From Gemmatimonas sp. (lineage in GTDB: Bacteria > Pseudomonadota > Alphaproteobacteria > SMXQ01), in contig JBLNCI010000006.1 in the NCBI GenBank assembly GCA_050260515.1, positions 37,273 through 101,272 on the forward strand: a stretch of 64,000 nucleotides of DNA. The letters run 5' to 3'. Below the pieces are notes generated by a model that saw only the letters and a list, made by a program, of their open reading frames with translations, did not search any database and was not told where the DNA came from. The translations under genes and the position numbers were made by a program. This document shows positions 24,733-33,891 of this stretch, piece after piece. Numbering within the stretch: the stretch's first letter is position 1; every line of letters starts with the position of its first letter.

Positions 24733-25326
24733 ATGCAGCCGCCGGGTGGGCGTCTGATCCTGGCGTCCGCCTCGCCGCGGCGACTTGAGCTGCTGCGCCA
24801 GGTCGGCATTGCGCCGTCCGAGATCGCTCCCGCCGATCTCGATGAAACCCCCCTTTTGCGTGAACGCCCGCTCGCCTTTGCCCGGCGCATCGCCGAGGCG
24901 AAGGCACTGGCCATCGCCCCCCGCTTTCCGAGCCACTACGTGCTGGCCGCCGATACGGTTGTCGCGGTCGGCACACGTATGCTCGCGAAGCCGAACGACG
25001 TATCCGAGGCGCGGCGCTTCCTCGCGTTGCTCTCCGGCCGTCGCCACCGCGTCATCGGAGGGGTCGCGGTGGTCGCGCCCTGCGGAACGGTTCATCGGCG
25101 GACCGTGGTGAGCGCCGTCCGCTTCAGCCGGCTCACGGCCGACGAAATCGAGGCGTATCTCGCCAGCGACGAATGGCGCGACAAGGCGGGTGGTTACGCC
25201 ATCCAAGGAAGCGCGGCTGCATTCGTCTCGTTCGTTTCCGGATCGTATTCCAACATCGTCGGCCTTCCGCTGTTCGAGACCGCGCGCCTTCTACGGGGTC
25301 TCGGCTTCGGCGCGGCTCGCCCGTGA
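24733..25326 (+). CDS. maf: Maf-like nucleoside triphosphate pyrophosphatase
   Basis: 197 aa. LILASASPRRLELLRQVGI...KAGGYAIQG... Confidence 0.9.
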   Translation: MQPPGGRLILASASPRRLELLRQVGIAPSEIAPADLDETPLLRERPLAFARRIAEAKALAIAPRFPSHYVLAADTVVAVGTRMLAKPNDVSEARRFLALLSGRRHRVIGGVAVVAPCGTVHRRTVVSAVRFSRLTADEIEAYLASDEWRDKAGGYAIQGSAAAFVSFVSGSYSNIVGLPLFETARLLRGLGFGAARP

Positions 25327-26735
25327 TCGACGAGATCCTCGTCTCGGTATCGCCGGGGGAAACGCGGATCGCGTGTCTCACCGGCGGCCGCGCGGTCGAA
25401 CTCCACCGATTCCTGCATGGTCGGGCCACGACGCTCGGCAACGTTTACCTCGGCCGCATCACGCGCGTCGTCGCCGGGATGGGCGCGGCGTTCGTCGAAA
25501 TCGGAGCGTCGAAGGCAGGCTTTCTGCCGGTTCCGGCGGACCCAGCGGCTCGCGCAGCCCTGCACGAAGGGGCACGAGCGATCGTCCAGGTCACCCGCGA
25601 GCCCGAGCGCGGCAAAGGTGCGCAACTCAGCGCTTCTGTGCGCCTTCCGGGGCACTTCCTCGTCTACATGCCGACCGGTGACGGCATTCACGTGTCGCGC
25701 CGCATCGGCGAAGAAACCGATGCCGGACGAATCAAGGCCGCGCTCGAGGCCTTGTCCCTTCCCGGCGAAGGGTGGATCGCAAGGACCAACGCGCCCGACG
25801 GCACCCCGGCGCAATTCGCCCATGAAGCCGGCGCGCTGCGCGCGCGCTGGAACGACATTGGCCAGCGCGCAGCGGCTACGACTCCCCCATCGCTTCTTTA
25901 CTCGGAGGCATCTCCCATCGCGGGCATTCTCCGGGACAAGGCATCCGCAGCGGTGCGGCGCATCGTCGTGGACGATGCGGACGCATTCGCGGCTGCGGAA
26001 GCGTTCTTGAGCAGCTACCGACCCGAATTGTCCTCTGCGTTGAGCCGCCATACGGGACCAATTCCGCTTTTCGAGATGGAAGGAATCGAAGTCGAATTCG
26101 AACGGGTGTGGGACCGTCGAGTCCCGCTTCCGTCGGGGGGAAGTCTCGTCATCGAGCGCACCGAGGCGCTGTGGGCGATAGACGTGAACACCGGGAGGCA
26201 TATCGGCGGCAGTTCCGCCGAGGCGACGATACGCGCGACCAATCTCGAGGCGGCCGTCGAGGCCGCGCGGCAGATTCGGCTGCGGGACCTCGGAGGGCTC
26301 ATTGTCGTCGATTTCGTGCACATGGACGAAGATGCGACCGGACGGGAACAGGTCCTTAACGCGTTCCGAGACGCGCTCGCTGAAGATCCCACGCCCGTGC
26401 GCCTGACGGGATTCTCCGACCTCGGCCTTATCGAGTTGTCTCGCCGACGGGGCCGCCCAGCCGTCGACCAGCAGTTCGAGGTGCCGTGTGAGGTGTGCGA
26501 CGGTACCGGTTTCGTTCAGGTGCCCCTGCTCACCGCGCTCGCGGCGTTCCGAGAGGCTGCTCGTGGGACAGCCGCGGGCGGTCCGATTCGGATTGCCGTT
26601 CCGCCCAGCGTGGCTGCGGTGATGGAGACTCCCGAGGCCCAGGCGGCCCGTCGCGAACTTGTCGCGCGGTCCGGGCGTTCCGTGGAAATCATCGTCGACT
26701 CGACCGTCGCCGCCGATCGGTTCAGACTGGATTGA
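25323..26735 (+). CDS. rng: Ribonuclease G/E-family endoribonuclease
   Basis: GTG 25323 (GTGA overlap with maf stop) inside ORF 25173..26735. S1-like [23 protein letters not shown] and catalytic core ...[12 protein letters not shown]...[10 protein letters not shown]. Confidence 0.85.
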   Translation: MIDEILVSVSPGETRIACLTGGRAVELHRFLHGRATTLGNVYLGRITRVVAGMGAAFVEIGASKAGFLPVPADPAARAALHEGARAIVQVTREPERGKGAQLSASVRLPGHFLVYMPTGDGIHVSRRIGEETDAGRIKAALEALSLPGEGWIARTNAPDGTPAQFAHEAGALRARWNDIGQRAAATTPPSLLYSEASPIAGILRDKASAAVRRIVVDDADAFAAAEAFLSSYRPELSSALSRHTGPIPLFEMEGIEVEFERVWDRRVPLPSGGSLVIERTEALWAIDVNTGRHIGGSSAEATIRATNLEAAVEAARQIRLRDLGGLIVVDFVHMDEDATGREQVLNAFRDALAEDPTPVRLTGFSDLGLIELSRRRGRPAVDQQFEVPCEVCDGTGFVQVPLLTALAAFREAARGTAAGGPIRIAVPPSVAAVMETPEAQAARRELVARSGRSVEIIVDSTVAADRFRLD

Positions 26736-26740
26736 CAGCC

Positions 26741-27016
26741 ATGACCAACGACAAGCCATCGAAGCCTGTGGATGCGCCGGCTCCGCCCGAAGGGGCGACG
26801 TCGAACGTGGCGCCATTCGCCGCCACCGGTCGAGGCAAGCCGTGCCCCATCTGCGGCCGACCCAGCACGGTCGAGATGCGGCCGTTCTGTTCGAAGCGTT
26901 GCGCCGACATCGACCTTGGGCGGTGGCTCGGCGAGGCTTACCGCATTCCGACGGCAGATCCGGCCTCGCCTGAGGACGATATCCAGACACCCCCCGCCGG
27001 GCCGCCGAAACCCTAG
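26741..27016 (+). CDS. yacG: DNA gyrase inhibitor YacG (zinc-finger protein)
   Basis: ATG 26741 inside ORF 26495..27016. CPICGRP...[17 protein letters not shown] motif. Confidence 0.85.
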   Translation: MTNDKPSKPVDAPAPPEGATSNVAPFAATGRGKPCPICGRPSTVEMRPFCSKRCADIDLGRWLGEAYRIPTADPASPEDDIQTPPAGPPKP

Positions 27017-27108
27017 GGAAGCGGGGCGCCCAGCCTTGCCACGGCAGCGGGTATTGTCTATAAGCCCGTGTTTCCCGCGCGGGTACGCTCGTGACCCGTG
27101 TTCTCCGG

Positions 27109-27184
<76 letters not shown>

Positions 27185-27296
27185 TTCTCCCTTCCGCGCG
27201 TTCCGGGTGCTTTCGCGGCTGTGGCGGTTTGACACAGCGCAGCGCTGCCGCCGATAATCCGCGCTTTCCGTCGCTGTAGAAGAAAGGGAGGCGATT

Positions 27297-28379
27297 ATGA
27301 CCTTCACCGCTTTCGCCACCGCCCGGCAAACTGTCGCCGTCGCGGCAGCGGCCATGGCCGTTCTCGGCTGGTCGCCGGTTGCTCGCGCCGATCAGGCACA
27401 GCCGACCGTGCAGGTCGCCCAGGCCGGCCCGTCGTGGATCGACCCCAAGCTTCTCGCCGACGCGAAGAAGGAAGGTTCCTTCACCCTTTACGGCTCGATG
27501 AATGAAGAAGAGGCGCTGCCGCTTCTGAAGCTCTTCGAGAACTCGACAGGCCTCAAGACCGAGTACGTCCGCAACTCCGACACCGGCCTGATGGCGCGGA
27601 TCATGGTCGAAGCGCGCGCGAACAAGCAGTCGTGGGATGCTCTCCAGACCACCACTGTCAGCAAGATGCCGGAACAGCTCTTCGTCGCCTTCGACCCGCC
27701 CGAGGCGAAGAATGTGATCCCCGAGGCGCGAGGGCCGAACAAGAAGTGGTACGGCGTCTACGCGAATTACAATTCGCCGGGGTACAACACGAAACTCGTC
27801 AAGAAGGAAGACCTGCCGAAGACGTACGAGGATTTCCTCAGCAAGAAGGACTGGGTGGGGAAGGTCGCCATCGACTTCAGCGACCGCGAGTGGCTGCGCG
27901 CGATGTATGAGCATTACGGCGACGCAAAGGCCAAGAAGCTCGTGGATGACCTGATCAAGACCCTGAAGGTGGCCACCACCAACGGCCACCTCGCACTGGC
28001 CCGCTCGGTCGGCGCCGGCGAGTACGCGGTCGAACTCAACAACTACACGAATCTCATCGTCAACGTGAAGCTGGCGGGCGGGCCGACGGACTTCTGGGTG
28101 GTCGATCCGGTGGTCGTGTTCTTCGGGCAGATCGGCGTCAACGCCAAGGCCCCGCACCCCAATGCCGCTCGGCTGTTCGCCAACTTCATGCTGAGCCCCG
28201 AGGGCCAGAAGCAGTTGACCACGGCCGGTCGCATTCCCACCCGTCCCGACGTCGAGACGAATCCGCCGGGCGTGCTCAAGGCGTTCGAGGGCCACAAGCT
28301 GAGGGTGTCGACGATGACGTCCGAAGAGGACGAGCGCTGGCAGAAGCTCTTCAAGGAGACCTTCAGCCAGCCGCGCTAG
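27297..28379 (+). CDS. ABC transporter periplasmic binding protein, Fe(3+)/family-1 type
   Basis: 360 aa. Signal peptide ...AVLGWSPVARA. FTLYGSMNEEEALPLLKLFENSTGLK is typical of FbpA/AfuA-like binding proteins. First gene of an SBP-permease-ATPase operon. Confidence 0.8.
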   Translation: MTFTAFATARQTVAVAAAAMAVLGWSPVARADQAQPTVQVAQAGPSWIDPKLLADAKKEGSFTLYGSMNEEEALPLLKLFENSTGLKTEYVRNSDTGLMARIMVEARANKQSWDALQTTTVSKMPEQLFVAFDPPEAKNVIPEARGPNKKWYGVYANYNSPGYNTKLVKKEDLPKTYEDFLSKKDWVGKVAIDFSDREWLRAMYEHYGDAKAKKLVDDLIKTLKVATTNGHLALARSVGAGEYAVELNNYTNLIVNVKLAGGPTDFWVVDPVVVFFGQIGVNAKAPHPNAARLFANFMLSPEGQKQLTTAGRIPTRPDVETNPPGVLKAFEGHKLRVSTMTSEEDERWQKLFKETFSQPR

Positions 28380-28422
28380 CGCCGTTGTTCCCGCCGGGGG
28401 AACGCGCTAAACATCGACTGCA

Positions 28423-28452
28423 ACGGCCGGCCTCTGCGGGGCCGGCCGTTTG
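28423..28452 (+). terminator. Hairpin between binding-protein and permease genes (partial terminator/attenuator candidate)
   Basis: ACGGCCGGCC(28423-28432)/GGCCGGCCGT(28440-28449) followed by TTG; weak T-tract. Confidence 0.4.
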
Positions 28453-28496
28453 CGTACCAACCCCAGGCGCCGCCGCGCGTCCGTAGGGAGGATCGT

Positions 28497-30239
28497 TTGG
28501 CCGCCGTCGACACGATGCAACGCCTCCCCGAGCCGCTGGCGCGGCTGGCGGGCCTGCTCAAGCCCTGGACGCTGCTGCTGATCGGCTGCACCGCTGTTGC
28601 GGTCTGGCTCGTTTTCGTGCCGGTCGGCGCGCTTTTCTACACCGCATTCTCCGAGGATACGCCGTTCGGGCCCGGCGCGTTCACCTGGGCGAATTTCATC
28701 CGCGCCTACTCCGAAAACCAGATTCCGCTCCTGCTGTGGAATTCGGTGGTGTTCGCGCTCGGCACCGGCGTGCTGACGTTTCTGCTCGGGGCGCTGGTGG
28801 CGTGGGTGGTGGAACGCACCGATGCCCCGGGCCGTGGTCTCTTCCACACATTGGCGTTGCTGTCGTTCGCGCTGCCGGGACTGCTGACGACGATGGCGTG
28901 GATGCTGATCCTCAGCCCGAACATCGGGTGGCTGAATACCGAGGTGAAGAACCTTTTCGGTCTCACCGATGCTCCGTTCAACATCTACACGATGACGGGA
29001 ATGATCTGGGCGCTGTCGAGCCACTACTTCCCGCTCGCCTACCTTCTCATGGGCCCGGCGTTCCGGGTCCTGGACATCCGCATGGAGGAGGCCGCGGTGA
29101 TCTCCGGTGCGCGGACCTGGCAGGTCGCGACGCGGGTCACGCTGCCGCTGCTCCGTCCGGCGATCCTGTCGACGATGTTGCTCCTGTTCGTGCGCGGGCT
29201 CGAATCCTTCGAGGTGCCGCGGCTGATCGGGATGCCGGCGCGGATCCACGTGTTCACGACCGAGATCCAGGCGGCGACCCATGAGGTTCCGCCGCATCTC
29301 GGCGCCGCGGCGGCGCTCGGCATGGCGCTGCTCGTGATCTGCGTGGCGGGCGTGTACCTCTACCGCCGCGCGACCGCCAATGCCGAGGCGTTCGCGACGG
29401 TGACGGGCAAGGGCTACGCGCCGACGCCGCAACGGCTCGGTCGGTGGCGTTGGCCGGTGTCGATTCTCACCGGCCTGATGTTCATCGTGACGCTGGGGCT
29501 GCCGCTCTTCACGCTGGCGTGGCAGTCGCTGTTCCGGAACGCGACGCCGCCGTCGCTGACCGTGTTCGGCAACATGACGCTGGACGCGTACCGCTACGTG
29601 CTCGGCTATCCCGTGTTTCTCAACGCGGTGAAGAACAGCGTCTTCCTCGGCGCGATGGCCGCCACGTTCGTCATCGGCCTGACGTTCGTGATGGCGTGGC
29701 TCGCGCAGCGTTCGATGAAGCGGTACGGCTGGTTGCTGGACACGCTGGCCTTCGTCCCGATCGCGGTGCCCAGCGTCATTATCGGGGCGAGCATCCTGTT
29801 CGCCTACCTGGTCCTGCCGATCCCCGTCTACAACACGATCTGGATTCTGCTGATCGCCTACGTGACGATGTACTTGCCCTACGGCATGCGCTTCACCTCC
29901 GGCGGCATCGTCCAGATCCACCGCGAGCTCGAGGAGGTCGCCGAGGTGTCCGGCGCGTCGCCGCCGCAGATCTTCGGCCGCGTGCTGCTGCCGCTGCTGG
30001 CGCCCGTCCTGCTCGCCGGATGGCTGTATGTGTTCGTGCTCGCCGTGCGCGAGCTTGCGGCCTCGATCTTCCTCGCCGGCCCGGGCACTAACGTGCTCGG
30101 CACCATAAGCCTGACGATGTGGGAGGAGGGCGGCAGCTACGGCGCCGTCTGCGCCATGGGCATCGTCCAGATCGTGCCGCTGGTGCTCATCGTCATCGTC
30201 ATGCGTCGTTTGGAGGAGCGGGTCAGCGCTCGCCGCTAG
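28497..30239 (+). CDS. ABC transporter permease, fused two-domain (FbpB-like)
   Basis: 580 aa, two MetI-like permease repeats (about 12 TM). TTG start 28497 after GGGAGGA; an ATG at 28515 is an alternative. Confidence 0.85.
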   Translation: MAAVDTMQRLPEPLARLAGLLKPWTLLLIGCTAVAVWLVFVPVGALFYTAFSEDTPFGPGAFTWANFIRAYSENQIPLLLWNSVVFALGTGVLTFLLGALVAWVVERTDAPGRGLFHTLALLSFALPGLLTTMAWMLILSPNIGWLNTEVKNLFGLTDAPFNIYTMTGMIWALSSHYFPLAYLLMGPAFRVLDIRMEEAAVISGARTWQVATRVTLPLLRPAILSTMLLLFVRGLESFEVPRLIGMPARIHVFTTEIQAATHEVPPHLGAAAALGMALLVICVAGVYLYRRATANAEAFATVTGKGYAPTPQRLGRWRWPVSILTGLMFIVTLGLPLFTLAWQSLFRNATPPSLTVFGNMTLDAYRYVLGYPVFLNAVKNSVFLGAMAATFVIGLTFVMAWLAQRSMKRYGWLLDTLAFVPIAVPSVIIGASILFAYLVLPIPVYNTIWILLIAYVTMYLPYGMRFTSGGIVQIHRELEEVAEVSGASPPQIFGRVLLPLLAPVLLAGWLYVFVLAVRELAASIFLAGPGTNVLGTISLTMWEEGGSYGAVCAMGIVQIVPLVLIVIVMRRLEERVSARR

Positions 30240-30250
30240 CAGAGGGAACC

Positions 30251-31357
30251 ATGCTCCAGATCGAACATCTCCATAAGGAATTTGCCGCGGTCGGCAGCGT
30301 CAAGGTGGCCGCGGTGCAGGACGTCAGTCTGTCGGTGCCCGAAGGCAAGCTCCTCACGCTGCTCGGCCCGTCGGGCTGCGGCAAGACGACGACGCTCCGC
30401 TGCATCGCCGGGCTGGAACGGCCCGACCAGGGGCGGATCATGATCGGCGGGCGGACGGTGTTCGACGCCGCCCACGGGGTCTTCGTGCCGCCCGCCGAGC
30501 GCGGCATCGGCATGGTGTTCCAGTCGTACGCCATCTGGCCGCACATGAGCGTGTTCGAGAACGTCGCGTTTCCGCTCCGGGTCTCGCGGACCCGCCGCTA
30601 CAGCTCGGCCGAGATCGGGGAGAAAGTCCGGCGCGCGCTCGAGACCGTGCGTCTCGGCGGCTACGAGAACCGCCGGGCGACCCAGCTCTCCGGCGGGCAG
30701 CAGCAGCGCCTCGCGCTCGCCCGCGGTCTGGTCGGCGAGCCCAGGCTTCTGCTGCTCGACGAGCCGCTGTCCAATCTCGATGCCAAATTGCGCGAGCAGA
30801 TGCGCTTCGAGCTCAAGCATCTCCAGATGACGCTGGGGCTCACGGCCGTGTACGTGACCCATGACCAGTCCGAGGCGCTCGCGCTGTCGGACGAGATCGC
30901 GGTGTTCAACCAGGGGCGCGTCGTCCAGCGGGGCTCGCCGCTCGATATCTATCGGCATCCGAACTCCGAGTTCGTCGCCGACTTCGTCGGCTCCACGAAC
31001 TTCCTGCGCGGCGCAGTCCGCGCGTCGGCCTCGGTCGGCGCCGTCGGGCAGGTCGAAACCGCTCAGGGAACCTTCGCCTGCACGTTCGCCGCGCCGCTCG
31101 CCCAGGGCTCGCGCACGGTCGTCTCGATCCGCCCCGAGGACATCGGGATCGCCGCCGACGGGGAGGGAGTCCGCGGCACGATCACCGCGAAGGTGTTCCT
31201 CGGCGAGGTGATCGACTATCTGGTGTCGCTCAAGGGGCAGGAGCTCCGCGTGCGGCACCGCGCCCGCCGCGAGTACGACCATCCGGTCGGGGCGCAGGTG
31301 ATGCTCACGCTGCCGGCGGACAAGGCGCTGGCGATGATCGACGAGAAGTCGGCCTGA
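30251..31357 (+). CDS. ABC transporter ATP-binding protein
   Basis: ATG 30251 inside ORF 30119..31357. Walker A GPSGCGKTT, signature LSGGQQQRLALAR, Walker B LLLLDEP. Confidence 0.9.
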   Translation: MLQIEHLHKEFAAVGSVKVAAVQDVSLSVPEGKLLTLLGPSGCGKTTTLRCIAGLERPDQGRIMIGGRTVFDAAHGVFVPPAERGIGMVFQSYAIWPHMSVFENVAFPLRVSRTRRYSSAEIGEKVRRALETVRLGGYENRRATQLSGGQQQRLALARGLVGEPRLLLLDEPLSNLDAKLREQMRFELKHLQMTLGLTAVYVTHDQSEALALSDEIAVFNQGRVVQRGSPLDIYRHPNSEFVADFVGSTNFLRGAVRASASVGAVGQVETAQGTFACTFAAPLAQGSRTVVSIRPEDIGIAADGEGVRGTITAKVFLGEVIDYLVSLKGQELRVRHRARREYDHPVGAQVMLTLPADKALAMIDEKSA

Positions 31358-31358
31358 C

Positions 31359-31775
31359 GTGGAAGACCAGGAAATCCTTCCGCTGCTGCGCACGGCCGTC
31401 GAGCGGGGCGACGTCGAGGTCAGCCTCGACGTCAAACGCCAGCACCACGTGGACTCGCCGCTCTACCGCGAGAGCGATTCGTCGCCGTTCATCTACGTCA
31501 GCATGGTGGTCATCGGTGTCGCCGCCTGGTTCCTCGGCTGGCAGGCGGGCGTCGCGGTGTTCGTGCTCGCCGGGCTCGCCTACATGCTGGGGGTGCGCCG
31601 CTACGTCGCCATCCGGATGCGCAAGCGTCTGAGCGACGTCGTGCTGGCCGACCCCGAGCAATTCCGCAAGGCCTGGAGGCTGAAGGGCATCAGCTTCCGC
31701 CACACGGCGAGCGGCACGGTGTGCGAATCGCCCGACGGCCGCTGGCGCAGCTTCGTCCTCGAGCGTTGCCGCTGA
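31359..31775 (+). CDS. Hypothetical membrane protein
   Basis: 138 aa, GTG start. Two TM helices (FIYVSMVVIGVAAWFLGW / AVFVLAGLAYMLGV). No recognised family. Confidence 0.5.
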   Translation: MEDQEILPLLRTAVERGDVEVSLDVKRQHHVDSPLYRESDSSPFIYVSMVVIGVAAWFLGWQAGVAVFVLAGLAYMLGVRRYVAIRMRKRLSDVVLADPEQFRKAWRLKGISFRHTASGTVCESPDGRWRSFVLERCR

Positions 31776-31793
31776 GGCGCGACGCGTCGTCCG

Positions 31794-32825
31794 TCAGGAC
31801 TTGTCGACGAACTGCCGCACCTTCTCCACCACCGCGGGCGGCGCGCGGTACATCTTCTCCAGGATCTGCTGAATCGCTTCGCCGCCGACCGGATCGATGT
31901 CGAGCTGGCGCTTCTCGGCCTCGCTGAGGAACGCCGGGTCCTTCATCGTCTCGTCGAACGCGCGGCGCAGCGTCGCGACGATCGGGGCGGGCACGTCAGG
32001 CGGGACGATGTACGGCCGGCCGAACTCCTGCGGGCCCAGCAGCAGGTCCATCGCGGCGCGGTCGTCGTCGTTGCGGGCGTAGTCGTAGATCCACGACACG
32101 TCGGGCAACTCGGGGTGCTTCGACAGCCCGAACTGGATGAACACCCGGACCTGCTTGCTCTTCAGCCATTCGCCGCCCGTGGCCTTTAGGCTCGCCCAGG
32201 TGATGCCGACGTTGCCGGTCACCTCGCCGCGTTCCATGGCCAGCATGCCCTCCTTCGTTCCCTTGTAGCCGGAGACGACCTTGAACTTGGTGCCGAGCAG
32301 GCCATTGGTGAAATCGGGGTAGGTGTCGGTCGAGCCGCCCGATCCGGCGACCACGAGCTGCTCCTTGAAGGCGTCGTCGAACGTCCTCACGGTGGTTGTG
32401 TGCCAGGCGACGCCGACGTGATTTTCGGTCAGTGCGCTGCCGATCCAGTTGAACCGTCGCGGGTCGAATTTCACGCGATCCGGATGGAACATCGGGTCGA
32501 GCGAGATCTGCGGGTTCACCGCGCCGATCTCCGTCCCGTCGCGCGGGCCGAGGTTGTAGACGTGATTGGCGAGCACCAGCGATCCCGCGCCCGGCATGTT
32601 CTGGACCATGATGGTCGGCTGCCCGGGGATGTGGCGGGGCATGTGCGCCGCGATCACGCGCGCGAAGGTATCGTATCCGCCTCCGGTCGACGATCCGACG
32701 TAGAGCCGGATCTGCTTGCCTTTGAAGGACTGGCTACCGTCCTGCGCGCGCGCCGCGGTCGTCGCAAGGACGGCCAACGCTGCGAGTGACGCGACACACC
32801 ACGCAGACGCCGTCGAACGCCGCAT
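31794..32825 (-). CDS. tctC: Tripartite tricarboxylate transporter substrate-binding protein (Bug/TctC family)
   Basis: 343 aa. Signal peptide; ...IRLYVGSSTGGGYDTFARVIAAHM...MVQNMPGAGSLVLANHV... is a typical Bug-family sequence. Confidence 0.8.
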   Translation of the reverse strand: MRRSTASAWCVASLAALAVLATTAARAQDGSQSFKGKQIRLYVGSSTGGGYDTFARVIAAHMPRHIPGQPTIMVQNMPGAGSLVLANHVYNLGPRDGTEIGAVNPQISLDPMFHPDRVKFDPRRFNWIGSALTENHVGVAWHTTTVRTFDDAFKEQLVVAGSGGSTDTYPDFTNGLLGTKFKVVSGYKGTKEGMLAMERGEVTGNVGITWASLKATGGEWLKSKQVRVFIQFGLSKHPELPDVSWIYDYARNDDDRAAMDLLLGPQEFGRPYIVPPDVPAPIVATLRRAFDETMKDPAFLSEAEKRQLDIDPVGGEAIQQILEKMYRAPPAVVEKVRQFVDKS

Positions 32826-33409
32826 GCTCGTCTCCCATCGCCTATGCCCTGTGGCTCATCGTTCCGCCGGGATTCCGAGCGACGATGAACCTTTTGCGAA
32901 AGCATAGCGCGCGCTGACAAACGCGGCGAGCGGAAGACGAGCGACGCAGTGTGGCGGCAGGAACGCGCGATCGCGCGCAGCGGCGACATCGCCATCGCGC
33001 AGTCGCCGCGGCCCCGCAAGACGCGGTCGGCATCGAACGCGCCCCCAAACTCCACAAGCAATGTACGGCGCGGATGCGCCGACGCGGGTCGGGCCCCCGG
33101 CGGCACGTTGCCGCGGCGCCGGCGCGGGTGGCCGCGAGCCCCGGACCTTTCGTGGAATCCCCTATGATTCATCGCGTTACGTGTATATACGCACTTGAGA
33201 GTGTAAATACCTATAAAGAACATGATCCGTGGAATCACTCAGGCGTGACACGCAAGATGTTTAAAACATGTTGTTTTTCGGATCGCACTCAGGCATGCAC
33301 TAGCGGCGTTCCGGTTGTGTTATAAGCCCGGATCGCTGGCGGTAACGCCAACGGGGGGACTTTGAAGAACGTCATCGGATCTGCCACGGAGACAGGGCGG
33401 TATCGGCGC

Positions 33410-33730
33410 ATGCGCGCGGTTCTCGCCATCGTGTTCCTCGTGGCGTCGCTGATCGGCAGTGGCGTCGATGCGGTCGCTTCGCTCATCGAAACGGACGACG
33501 TCGAGCGCGCGCCGGTCGTCGAGGTCCTCCTCGTCGAGGAGCGGCGTGCGGACGACGACGACGCGATCCGGCTCGCGCGGCGCCTGCCCGCGACGGAATG
33601 CCGCTCCGTCACGTCGGCATATTCCAGCAGCGGATCGGCTCCGGCGGACAGCCAGGTGCTCTCGCGGCTGAGAAACAGTGGGATACAACGCGCGACCCAT
33701 CCCACAGGACCTCCTGCGGTCCTCGCCTAA
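33410..33730 (+). CDS. Possible small membrane-anchored acidic protein
   Basis: Frame of ORF 33362..33730 has strongly G/C-biased third positions for about 85 codons. MRAVLAIVFLVASLIGSGV is a TM helix followed by an Asp/Glu/Arg-rich segment. No family recognised; start uncertain. Confidence 0.3.
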   Translation: MRAVLAIVFLVASLIGSGVDAVASLIETDDVERAPVVEVLLVEERRADDDDAIRLARRLPATECRSVTSAYSSSGSAPADSQVLSRLRNSGIQRATHPTGPPAVLA

Positions 33731-33891
33731 CTCGCCCCGCCTTCGAACGGGCGAGCGCTACCCCGCACACGATCGGCCGATCACCAAAGGTGACGGCGCA
33801 ACAAGAAGCCCAACCGAAATATGCCCGGAGTGTGCCAGGCGCAGTGTGCGGGTCTGTTTTTTTAACGAGTCACCGAAGTGATGGATGACAC

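Noticed and set aside
27297-31357. Two paralogous Fe(3+)-type ABC operons (27297-31357, 49024-52889) plus an orphan binding protein (57954-59111), considered as something unusual.
   Set aside because: Multiple paralogous solute importers are ordinary in soil alphaproteobacteria, and nothing in the sequences suggests a novel function.
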